DNA of 64,000 nt from Rhodobacter sp. Lineage in GTDB: Bacteria; Pseudomonadota; Alphaproteobacteria; Rhodobacterales; Rhodobacteraceae. A model generated the notes under the pieces. The model saw only the letters and a program-made list of their open reading frames with translations, was not told the origin of the DNA and ran no database searches. The stretch covers positions 14,420 through 78,419 of the forward strand of contig JBGSQL010000092.1 of assembly GCA_041738105.1 (NCBI GenBank). The letters run 5' to 3'. Shown piece by piece: positions 30,672 to 39,182 of this stretch (its first letter is position 1; every line of letters begins with the position of its first letter). A program made the position numbers and the translations under genes.

Positions 30672-31634
30672 ATGATTACCGTCACACCAGATACGTTCAG
30701 ATTGGCGCAAGTCTTTACGATCTCGCGCGGATCCCGGACCGAGGCGCGCGTTCTTACAGTGCGCATCACGCGCGGCGATACCGTGGGTTGGGGCGAGTGT
30801 GTGCCTTATGCGCGGTATGGAGAGACGTTGGAAAGCGTTACTGCGCAGATCGAAGGGCTGCCGAATGGGATCGATCGAAAGGCGCTGCAAAGGGCGCTTC
30901 CTGCTGGGGCTGCGCGGAACGCTGTTGACTGCGCCCTGTGGGATCTGGAAGCGAAGCAGGCTGGCAAGCGCGTCTGGCAGTTGATCGGGGCCGCCGCGCC
31001 ACAGCCACAGATCACCGCATTTACCCTGTCGCTCGATACCCCTGCCGCAATGCGACAGCAGGCGATGATGAATGCTCACCGCCCACTTCTGAAGATCAAA
31101 CTGGGAACGCCAGATGACATGCCACGGCTGGAAGCCGTCCGCGCCGGCGCGCCTCGGGCAACGATAATCATCGATGCCAATGAAGGATGGACGGCCGAAG
31201 CCTATGCCGATCTGGCACCCCATCTGTTGCGGCTGGGCGTTGCAATGGTGGAGCAACCGCTACCCGCAGGGGATGACGACCTGCTGGCCGAAATGGAGCG
31301 GCCCGTTCCGGTCTGCGCCGACGAATCCTGTCATGATCGGCACTCGCTGTCAGAACTGAAAGGCAAGTATGACATCGTTAACCTGAAGCTCGACAAGACT
31401 GGCGGCCTGACCGAGGCGCTGGCTCTCAAGGCTCAGGCACAGTCCGAGGGCTACGGCCGTATGATCGGCTGCATGGTGGGATCCAGCCTTGCCATGGCTC
31501 CTGCAACGTTGCTGACACAGGGGGCGGTCTTTGTTGATCTTGACGGGCCGCTTCTTCTGGCTGAAGACCGCGATCATCCGCTGCGCTTCGACGAAGCCGG
31601 CGTGCACCCACCCAACGCCGAACTATGGGGATAA
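30672..31634 (+). CDS. dgcA: N-acetyl-D-Glu racemase / dipeptide epimerase (enolase superfamily)
   Basis: FTISRGS, GECVPY, KIKL, DANEGW, EQP, DES, KLDKTGG, DLDGPL. Confidence 0.88.
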   Translation: MITVTPDTFRLAQVFTISRGSRTEARVLTVRITRGDTVGWGECVPYARYGETLESVTAQIEGLPNGIDRKALQRALPAGAARNAVDCALWDLEAKQAGKRVWQLIGAAAPQPQITAFTLSLDTPAAMRQQAMMNAHRPLLKIKLGTPDDMPRLEAVRAGAPRATIIIDANEGWTAEAYADLAPHLLRLGVAMVEQPLPAGDDDLLAEMERPVPVCADESCHDRHSLSELKGKYDIVNLKLDKTGGLTEALALKAQAQSEGYGRMIGCMVGSSLAMAPATLLTQGAVFVDLDGPLLLAEDRDHPLRFDEAGVHPPNAELWG

Positions 31635-31636
31635 GC

Positions 31637-32500
31637 ATGAGCAGGACTGTTTATGTGAACGGCAACTACCTTGCCGAAGAAGACGCAAAGATCTCGATCT
31701 TCGACCGGGGTTTTCTGATGGCCGACGGGGTCTACGAGGTGACCTCGGTCTTGGGTGGCAAGCTGATCGATTTTGACGGGCATTGTCGACGACTGGCAAG
31801 ATCGCTTGCCGAACTCGATCTGGCGTCACCGGTCTCGGATCAAGAGCTGCTGGCGATCCATCGCGAACTGGTCGCGCGCAATGGCGTCGTGGATGGCCTG
31901 GTTTACCTGCAGGTTACGCGTGGATCTCCGGGCGATCGGGACTTCGCTTTTCCTGACCCGGAAACTACGCCATCGACGCTGGTGATGTTCACACAAGCGA
32001 AACCGGGGCTTGCCGATAGTCCTGCGGCCAAGACCGGGATGAAGGTTATCTCGATCCCCGACATTCGCTGGGGGCGGCGCGATATCAAGACCGTGCAACT
32101 GCTCTATCCGTCGATGGGCAAGATGATGGCAAAGAACGCAGGATGTGACGATGCCTGGATGGTCCAGGACGGGTTCGTCACGGAAGGCACGTCAAACAAC
32201 ACCTACATCGTCAAGGGCAACAAGATCATTACCCGTCAGCTTGGCACGGAAATCCTGCATGGCATCACACGAGCGGCGGTGTTGCGCTGCGCAGCGGAAG
32301 TGCAAATGGAGATCGAGGAACGCCCCTTCACGATCGACGAGGCGAAGGCCGCAGATGAGGCTTTTTTGACGTCTGCCTCGGCCTTTGTGATGCCAGTGAT
32401 CGAGATTGATGGCGCCGTGCTAGGTGCAGGAAGGCCGGGCCCTGTCGCCTGTCGGCTGCGCGAAATCTACATTGACGAGATGCGCAAGGCTGCGATCTGA
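31637..32500 (+). CDS. dat: D-amino-acid transaminase (class IV PLP)
   Basis: DRGFLMADGVYEV, YLQVTRG, RWGRRDIKT, EGTSNN, ILHGITR. Confidence 0.93.
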   Translation: MSRTVYVNGNYLAEEDAKISIFDRGFLMADGVYEVTSVLGGKLIDFDGHCRRLARSLAELDLASPVSDQELLAIHRELVARNGVVDGLVYLQVTRGSPGDRDFAFPDPETTPSTLVMFTQAKPGLADSPAAKTGMKVISIPDIRWGRRDIKTVQLLYPSMGKMMAKNAGCDDAWMVQDGFVTEGTSNNTYIVKGNKIITRQLGTEILHGITRAAVLRCAAEVQMEIEERPFTIDEAKAADEAFLTSASAFVMPVIEIDGAVLGAGRPGPVACRLREIYIDEMRKAAI

Positions 32501-32526
32501 ACCGCCGCAGGTAGCCGCTGCAACAT

Positions 32527-32841
32527 TCAGTCCTTGGCGCCGACGTTGTTGCGATACGCCACCTCAAAGGCCGCCTTCTTGGCCGCATCCGCCTCGGTCT
32601 GATGCAGCGAAACCCAATCGGCGTATGGCATGCCGTAAACGATCTCTCTTGCCTCGTCTTTGGTCATGGCAAGGCCCTTCGCTTCGGCAGCCTCCTGATA
32701 CCAGCGGCTCAGGCAGTTCCGGCAGAAGCCACCCAGGTTCATCAGATCAATGTTCTGAACATCCGGTCGTTTCTCCATCAGGTGATGTCGAAGGGCCCTG
32801 AAGGCAGCCGCTTCCAGCTCGATCCTCGTCAAGTCTTCCAT
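32527..32841 (-). CDS. DUF1244 family protein
   Basis: ELEAAAFR, DVQNIDLMNLGGFCRNCLSRWY, VYGMPY. Confidence 0.92.
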   Translation of the reverse strand: MEDLTRIELEAAAFRALRHHLMEKRPDVQNIDLMNLGGFCRNCLSRWYQEAAEAKGLAMTKDEAREIVYGMPYADWVSLHQTEADAAKKAAFEVAYRNNVGAKD

Positions 32842-32859
32842 CTGTGATCCCCCTGGTGT

Positions 32860-33612
32860 TCAAGGATGGGGCTTGGTCTGCTCGGCGTCAACCAGTGCCG
32901 CCTGCAGGATGGGCGCCAGTCTTGATGCCCATGACCGCTGGGCGGCCTGATCGGCAATCAGATCGTTGCGAAGTTCGATCAAGGTATTCTGCCTGCCAGG
33001 CGTCAAGGCGTGGCGATCTATTGCGTCGCCGGGAAGGTGCCCGGCATAGGGCTCGTTGTCGCCCACGCAAATGTCCACCTCGGCGCTCAGCCTGGCAAGC
33101 AATGCCGTCGACAGCCGTTCATCGAGATGGGAATAAAGGACGCCCAGGTGCCAGGGTCGAAGCGATCGCCCTCTCAGGCTGGGCGTGAAGGAATGAACCG
33201 CCACGATCACGGTGTCGGGTCGACGGGCCGCAAGGCGCGCATAGGCATGGTGATAGGGGTGATAAAGCATGTCCAGCCGACGCTTCGCCTCGGTCTCATT
33301 CACGTGTCGGTTCGCGGGAATGATCGTTCCATCGTAAAGTTTCATGATGAGCGTCGGGTCATCCTCGCCCCGGTTCGGGTCAATCACGAGACGTGAGAAG
33401 TTCGACAGGATGGCCGGCGCGCCCAGCAGATCCGCCAGAGCCTGCGCCACGCCCGCCGCACCAACGTCATATGCAATGTGACGGGACATGTCCTCTGCCG
33501 CGATCCCAAGCGTTCCACCAGCGATTTCGGACGGCACGCGGTTTGACGCATGATCGCACGTGACCAGCCAGCGTGACTGTCGGCTCTCTCCGATGATCTT
33601 GAAGGCATTCAC
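32860..33612 (-). CDS. N-formylglutamate amidohydrolase family protein
   Basis: CDHASN, HIAYDVGA, SRLVIDPNR, HSFTP, GDNEPY, IELRNDL; start taken as GTG 33612. Confidence 0.9.
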   Translation of the reverse strand: MNAFKIIGESRQSRWLVTCDHASNRVPSEIAGGTLGIAAEDMSRHIAYDVGAAGVAQALADLLGAPAILSNFSRLVIDPNRGEDDPTLIMKLYDGTIIPANRHVNETEAKRRLDMLYHPYHHAYARLAARRPDTVIVAVHSFTPSLRGRSLRPWHLGVLYSHLDERLSTALLARLSAEVDICVGDNEPYAGHLPGDAIDRHALTPGRQNTLIELRNDLIADQAAQRSWASRLAPILQAALVDAEQTKPHP

Positions 33613-33751
33613 GTCATATTCCTGTCGCTTGTCCGTGCGAGCCCGATTTATGCCCCGCTGCAAGAAAGCGCCAGTTGCCCGATAGGTCGAATTCCGCCAT
33701 AACGCCGTTGGCCCACCGCGCGACATCCCCACGACAAAGGACAAAGGCAGA

Positions 33752-35194
33752 ATGAGACGCCTCCGCAACGTGAAGATCGTGGCCACTCTGGGCCCGGCCT
33801 CAAACGACTATGACACCATACGTGCCCTGTTCGAGGCGGGCGCCGATGTGTTCCGACTGAACATGAGCCATGGCACGCACGACGATATCCGGGCCCGCCA
33901 TCAGATCATTCGACAGGTCGAAGCCGATCTCGGCCGCCCGATCTGCATCCTGGCAGACTTGCAGGGGCCAAAACTTCGTGTTGGCACTTTTGCCGAGGGA
34001 TCTGTCGAACTGGTCGACGGTGCTGCCTTCCGCATGGATCTCGACACTGCATCGGGCACGGTCGATCGTGTCAACCTGCCCCATCCCGAGATCTTTGCCG
34101 CACTTGAGCCGGGCGCATCCCTGCTGGTCAACGATGGCAAGATCCGCCTGCTTGTGGATCGCTGTGGTCCAGACTTCGCGGATTGCACTGTCACCGTCGG
34201 CGGAACGATTTCGAACCGCAAGGGCGTCAACGTCCCTGATGTGGTCTTGCCCGTTGCTGCGCTCTCGTCCAAGGACCGCAAGGATCTAGAGTTCGCCTGC
34301 GAGCTCGGGATTGACTGGCTCGCGTTGTCCTTCGTGCAGCGCCCCGAGGATGTCGTCGAGGCGCGCACCCTGGCAAGGGGTCGCGCCGCAATCCTGTCCA
34401 AGATCGAAAAGCCGGCCGCCGTCAAAGCCTATGCCGAGATACTGGAAGTGTCGGACGGGATCATGGTTGCGCGGGGTGATCTTGGCGTTGAACTTCCGAT
34501 TTATGCCGTTCCGCCGATCCAGAAGCGGCTTGTCCGCGGCGCGCGCGCAGCTGCAAAGCCTGTGATCGTAGCAACTCAGATGCTGGAATCGATGATCGAG
34601 TCGCCAATGCCAACGCGCGCTGAGGTTTCTGACGTTGCGACTGCGATTTACGAAGGCGCAGACGCCGTGATGCTTTCGGCAGAATCAGCGGCCGGCGCCT
34701 ATCCGGTTGAGGCGGTCACGATGATGAACAACGTGGCGATTTCAGTCGAACGCGATCCCACGTATCGCAGCATCATCGAAGCAAGCCGTAGCGTCGATCG
34801 GACGACCATCGCGGATGGCATCGTTTCGGCAGCCCGAGAGATTGCCGAATCGAGCAACATCAAGGCGATCTGCTGCTTCTCTCAAACGGGCACAACGGTT
34901 TCGCTCGTATCGCGAGAGCGGCCCCGCGTACCAATCCTGGCGTTGACCCCCCTGATCGAGACAGCCCGTCGCATGTGCCTGACCTGGGGCGCGCATTGCG
35001 TCATCACAAGCGAACAGGTGCGGTTCAAGGGCGCCGTGCTTGCAGCTGCTCGCGCGGCACGGGAATATGGTTTTGCCTTGACCGATCAGGTTGTGGTAAC
35101 TGCGGGCGTTCCGTTCAACGTGCAGGGAACAACGAACATTTTGCGTGTTGCGCCATGTGACGAGAGATTGATTCTGAACGTCGATCCCGAATAG
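33752..35194 (+). CDS. pyk: Pyruvate kinase
   Basis: KIVATLGPAS, RLNMSHG, DLQGPK, MVARGDLGVE, ATQMLESM. Confidence 0.98.
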   Translation: MRRLRNVKIVATLGPASNDYDTIRALFEAGADVFRLNMSHGTHDDIRARHQIIRQVEADLGRPICILADLQGPKLRVGTFAEGSVELVDGAAFRMDLDTASGTVDRVNLPHPEIFAALEPGASLLVNDGKIRLLVDRCGPDFADCTVTVGGTISNRKGVNVPDVVLPVAALSSKDRKDLEFACELGIDWLALSFVQRPEDVVEARTLARGRAAILSKIEKPAAVKAYAEILEVSDGIMVARGDLGVELPIYAVPPIQKRLVRGARAAAKPVIVATQMLESMIESPMPTRAEVSDVATAIYEGADAVMLSAESAAGAYPVEAVTMMNNVAISVERDPTYRSIIEASRSVDRTTIADGIVSAAREIAESSNIKAICCFSQTGTTVSLVSRERPRVPILALTPLIETARRMCLTWGAHCVITSEQVRFKGAVLAAARAAREYGFALTDQVVVTAGVPFNVQGTTNILRVAPCDERLILNVDPE

Positions 35195-35233
35195 CATTTC
35201 CCCCGGAGCAGGACTTCTGGGGTGGGCCGCGCG

Positions 35234-35458
35234 ATGGATACCGACCTGATGCTGGTGACGGGCATTATGCTAGGCCTGCTTGCCGTTCCCGCACTGATCT
35301 CGGCATACTCGGAAGGGCGCGCGCCGCGCTTGGCTTCGATTTTCCTACTGATTGCGGGCACGTTGATCGTGGTCGCACTCAGTGGCCGCCCCAGCGGCTA
35401 TACGTTCGATCAGATGATCCGGGCGTTTGGGAACGTCTTCAGCCGATTCGTCGGCTGA
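35234..35458 (+). CDS. Small conserved membrane protein between pyk and rpmI
   Basis: MDTDLMLVTG..SAYSEGRAPR; two TM helices. Confidence 0.75.
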   Translation: MDTDLMLVTGIMLGLLAVPALISAYSEGRAPRLASIFLLIAGTLIVVALSGRPSGYTFDQMIRAFGNVFSRFVG

Positions 35459-35474
35459 TCCAGGCAGAAACTGC

Positions 35475-35555
35475 TTGCGTGGCAGGCGTGGCTTGCCTAT
35501 AGCCCGCACCTCGTAAACCCGCGCGACCGGCCAAGGTGGCATGCCGAGTCGCGCG
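35475..35555 (+). promoter_or_regulatory. rpmI-rplT sigma70-type promoter and structured leader
   Basis: TTGCGT-N17-TATAGC (35475-35503); hairpin CGCGCGAC...GTCGCGCG (35520-35555). Confidence 0.6.
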
Positions 35556-35580
35556 TTCAGCACTCTAGCAGGAGATGGAA

Positions 35581-35781
35581 ATGCCCAAGATGAAGACCAA
35601 GTCCGCGGCCAAAAAGCGGTTCTCCTTCACGGCGACCGGCAAGGTCAAGTCCGGCCCGGCCGGCAAGCGCCACGGCATGATCAAACGCTCGACGAAGTTC
35701 GTTCGCGACGCCCGCGGGACCATGATCCTGTCGGAGAGCGATGCGAAGATCGTCAAGAAGTACATGCCCTACGACCGGTAA
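35581..35781 (+). CDS. rpmI: 50S ribosomal protein L35
   Basis: [18 protein letters not shown]. Confidence 0.98.
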   Translation: MPKMKTKSAAKKRFSFTATGKVKSGPAGKRHGMIKRSTKFVRDARGTMILSESDAKIVKKYMPYDR

Positions 35782-35793
35782 GGAGAACTCAGT

Positions 35794-36156
35794 ATGTCAC
35801 GCGTTAAATCCGGCGTCGTAACGCACGCCCGCCACCGCAAGGTGATCAAGGCTGCGAAGGGCTACTATGCTGCCCGCAGCACCAACTTCCGTACAGCCAC
35901 TCAGGCCGTCGACAAGGCGAACCAGTACGCGACACGCGACCGCAAGACCCGCAAGCGCAACTTCCGCGCGCTCTGGATCCAGCGGATCAATGCCGCTGTC
36001 CGTCTGTTTGACGCCGAAATGACCTATTCGCGCTTCATCAACGGTTTGGCGAAGGCGGGAATTGAAGTGGACCGCAAGGTGCTTGCTGACCTTGCCGTGC
36101 ACGAGCCCGATGCTTTCAACGCCATCGCCGCTCAGGCCAAGGCAGCGATCGCCTGA
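35794..36156 (+). CDS. rplT: 50S ribosomal protein L20
   Basis: [33 protein letters not shown]. Confidence 0.98.
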   Translation: MSRVKSGVVTHARHRKVIKAAKGYYAARSTNFRTATQAVDKANQYATRDRKTRKRNFRALWIQRINAAVRLFDAEMTYSRFINGLAKAGIEVDRKVLADLAVHEPDAFNAIAAQAKAAIA

Positions 36157-36178
36157 TCGCACCCCGCTGAAACAAATC

Positions 36179-36219
36179 AAACCCGCGTCGGAACGATCTC
36201 CGGCGCGGGTTTTGCTTTT
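36179..36219 (+). terminator. Intrinsic terminator after rplT (possibly bidirectional)
   Basis: AAACCCGCGTCGGA-loop-TCCGGCGCGGGTTT followed by TGCTTTT; lies between convergent genes. Confidence 0.85.
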
Positions 36220-36227
36220 ACAAACGA

Positions 36228-37754
36228 TCAGCCGACTGCCGCGGCGAGCATCAGCACACCCAGAACGATGGCCAGCAGAATACCCATCAACGGCAACATG
36301 AACTTCAAATAGGCATCGAAGCCAACCTTGGCCAGGCCAAGCCCGGCGACGAGGATTGCATTGGTCGGCAAGACCAGCAGCAACCACCCTCCTGCCGATG
36401 ACCAGGTGGTCAAAACAAGGGATCGGTCCACGCTGGCAAAATCGCCAAGCGGCGCGAAGACCGGCATCACAAGCGCCGTCCCCGCCGAACCCGACCCGAT
36501 CAGGAATGACAAGGGCAGCGACACGACAAAGGTCAGCAGGGTGAAGATGTAGGTGGACGTTCCAGTAATCAGGCCTTCCATCGCATGAAGGACCGTATCG
36601 ATGGTCTTGGTGTTCGTCAGCACGACAGAAATAGATCTGGCGACGACCACAAGAAAGGCGGGGCCGGTGAAATCCACGACGCCCCGGATGAACGCACCCG
36701 CCGTGCCCTTTTCTCCAAGCCGCCCCACCACGCCGACAACGATCGCCATCACGAAGAACAGCGCGGACAGTTCTGGCAGCCACCACCCGAGTTCCCAAGG
36801 AAACGGCGTGTTGATCGTCTCATGCGTGATCGGGTTCACGTCATAGTTGCCAAGAATAGCTCCCCACGGAATGATCGAGAAGGTCAGCAATGCAAAGGTA
36901 AAGGCTACAAGCGCGATGATCGCCTTGTCGCGACCCATCATCAGTCGTGGCGCTTTTGCATCGGCTGCGGCCAGTGCGGCATCCTCATCGCTGATCCCCG
37001 AGACGGATCGGGTCGGATCATTGCGCACCAAGGCGGCATAGCGCAGCGTGTAGAGGATCATGGCCGCCATGACCAAAACCAGCATCAGTACGCGCCAGAT
37101 TATGCCGTCCCCCAAGGTAATGCCCGCGGCATCAGACCCAATGCCCATCACGAATGGGTTGATCGTCGAGCCGAGACGCCCCACGAAAGGCGCCACGGTC
37201 ACAACCGCAACCGCGACCATCCGATCATAGCGCAACGCAATCATCAGCGGCACGATCAACCCATACATGCCAAGCGTTTCATCGCTCCATGACATGACCG
37301 ACCCAAGCAAGCCGAAAAGCAGACTGAGGATCACGATCAACATCGGCCCTTGCGACCGGAACCGATACGCGAGGTGATGGATGCCAAGATCCAGTGACCC
37401 CGTGGCGAACACCACGGTCATGAACCCTCCGATCGCGAGAATGAAAAGGAAGACCTGAACCGATCCGAACATCGCGCCGCGGTTGAACGGCCCGACCTGT
37501 CCCGAGTCCAGATCCTGGATCCCGTAAAGGCCGTTCACAGGGGCGAGCAGTAGCTCGCTCACCCGTCCTGCAAAATCATGCGGCGCCTCGATCTGGCGAT
37601 AGGATCCCGCGATCGGGCTTCCTGTTTCATCGAGCAGGTATTCACCCGCCGGAATGAAGAATGTGGCGATCCAGACCACAAGCAGGACCGCAGTCAGGAT
37701 TGTTATGGGTGCAGGAAATCCTCCGCCCCCCTTGCTGTCAACATTGTCAGCCAT
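36228..37754 (-). CDS. YfcC/DcuC-like transporter (C4-dicarboxylate carrier or basic amino acid antiporter family)
   Basis: FPAPITIL, IPAGEY, FILAIGG, STINPF, GSGSAG, LPTN; 12 or more TM segments; start ATG 37754. Confidence 0.88.
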   Translation of the reverse strand: MADNVDSKGGGGFPAPITILTAVLLVVWIATFFIPAGEYLLDETGSPIAGSYRQIEAPHDFAGRVSELLLAPVNGLYGIQDLDSGQVGPFNRGAMFGSVQVFLFILAIGGFMTVVFATGSLDLGIHHLAYRFRSQGPMLIVILSLLFGLLGSVMSWSDETLGMYGLIVPLMIALRYDRMVAVAVVTVAPFVGRLGSTINPFVMGIGSDAAGITLGDGIIWRVLMLVLVMAAMILYTLRYAALVRNDPTRSVSGISDEDAALAAADAKAPRLMMGRDKAIIALVAFTFALLTFSIIPWGAILGNYDVNPITHETINTPFPWELGWWLPELSALFFVMAIVVGVVGRLGEKGTAGAFIRGVVDFTGPAFLVVVARSISVVLTNTKTIDTVLHAMEGLITGTSTYIFTLLTFVVSLPLSFLIGSGSAGTALVMPVFAPLGDFASVDRSLVLTTWSSAGGWLLLVLPTNAILVAGLGLAKVGFDAYLKFMLPLMGILLAIVLGVLMLAAAVG

Positions 37755-37886
37755 GTTGGGTCCCCGCCCCTTTCTTTTCTCTACCATTCGTAACACTTAG
37801 CCGAGCAACAATATTTCTTACAGAGCAGGACTCCGCAATCTTCATTTCCTCGGCCTGCTGTCGAAATTGTCGCGGCATCGCATCGC

Positions 37887-37915
37887 TTGCAATCACCCCC
37901 TGTCGCCGCTAGCAC
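37887..37915 (+). promoter_or_regulatory. Predicted pheS promoter
   Basis: TTGCAA-N17-TAGCAC, 28 bp before the ATG. Confidence 0.55.
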
Positions 37916-37943
37916 AACCAGCGGCACCTGAACGGAGACTGAC

Positions 37944-39026
37944 ATGCAAGGGCTTGAAGCGCTAAAGGCAAAGTATCTTGCTGCCTTGGCCTCGGCGAAC
38001 GATGAGGCAACACTTGAAGATGTCCGCGTTGCCGCTCTAGGCAAGAAGGGTGAAGTCAGCCTGAAGATGCGTGACCTGGGGCAAATGGCTCCGGAAGCGC
38101 GTCAAATGGCCGGCGCAGCTTTGAATGCGTTGAAAGACGAACTTGATGCAGCCCTTCGAGCCAAGAAGACCGCCCTTGGTGATGCTGCCCTGAATGATCG
38201 TCTGCGCGCGGAATGGCTTGACGTGACCCTTCCAGGACGCCCAAGGCGAATGGGCACGATCCATCCTGTCAGCCAGGTAATGGATGAACTGACAGCGATC
38301 TTCGCGGATCTGGGATTTGAGGTGGCCGAAGGGCCGCAGGTCGAAAGTGACTGGTACAATTTTGACGCTTTGAACATTCCGCCAGAACATCCGGCGCGGC
38401 AAGAACATGATACGTTCTTCATGGCGCGCGATCAGAACGACGCCCGTCCACCGCATGTCTTGCGAACCCACACAAGCCCGGTCCAGATCCGCTCGATGAT
38501 GACCAAGGGTGCGCCGATCCGGGTAATCGCACCAGGGCGCGTGTATCGCATGGACATGGACCAGACGCATACGCCGATGTTTCACCAGGTCGAAGGGCTG
38601 GCGATCGACCGTGATATAAGCATGGCCAACCTGAAATGGGTTCTGGAAGAATTCTGCCGCGCCTTCTTCGAGGTGCCATCGGTCGAGTTGCGTTTCCGTG
38701 CCAGCCACTTTCCCTTTACAGAACCGTCAGCCGAGGTTGACATTCGCTGCTCGTGGGATGGCGGCCAATTGAAGATAGGCCAAGGCGACAAATGGATGGA
38801 GATTCTGGGCTCTGGCATGGTCCACCCCAAGGTGTTGCTTGCGGCGGGAGTTGATCCATCGCAGTGGCAAGGCTTTGCCTTTGGCATGGGCATCGACCGG
38901 ATCGCCATGCTGAAGTACGGGATTCCCGATCTGCGGGCCTTTTTTGAAAGCGACCTTCGATGGCTGCGGCACTACGGGTTTGCTGCACTCGATATGCCCG
39001 ACCTCGCGGGTGGGCTGTCCCGCTAG
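37944..39026 (+). CDS. pheS: Phenylalanine-tRNA ligase alpha subunit
   Basis: [45 protein letters not shown]. Confidence 0.98.
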   Translation: MQGLEALKAKYLAALASANDEATLEDVRVAALGKKGEVSLKMRDLGQMAPEARQMAGAALNALKDELDAALRAKKTALGDAALNDRLRAEWLDVTLPGRPRRMGTIHPVSQVMDELTAIFADLGFEVAEGPQVESDWYNFDALNIPPEHPARQEHDTFFMARDQNDARPPHVLRTHTSPVQIRSMMTKGAPIRVIAPGRVYRMDMDQTHTPMFHQVEGLAIDRDISMANLKWVLEEFCRAFFEVPSVELRFRASHFPFTEPSAEVDIRCSWDGGQLKIGQGDKWMEILGSGMVHPKVLLAAGVDPSQWQGFAFGMGIDRIAMLKYGIPDLRAFFESDLRWLRHYGFAALDMPDLAGGLSR

Positions 39027-39182
39027 GATTGTACGCGGTATGCCCCTGGACAAGGTTGCACGCGACGGCGCCTGGACAGAGTCAAGACAGGTGATGCCGG
39101 ACCATGCGGCATCCAGGCGCTTCGCTTTCCCTTGCCGGTGGTTTGCGCTAATCGGCTGGGGCCGACAGAACAGGACAAGCAG

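Noticed and set aside
39027-39182. pheS-pheT spacer with CCTGGACA twice and a 7-bp hairpin
   Set aside because: Too short and weak to call an element or gene remnant
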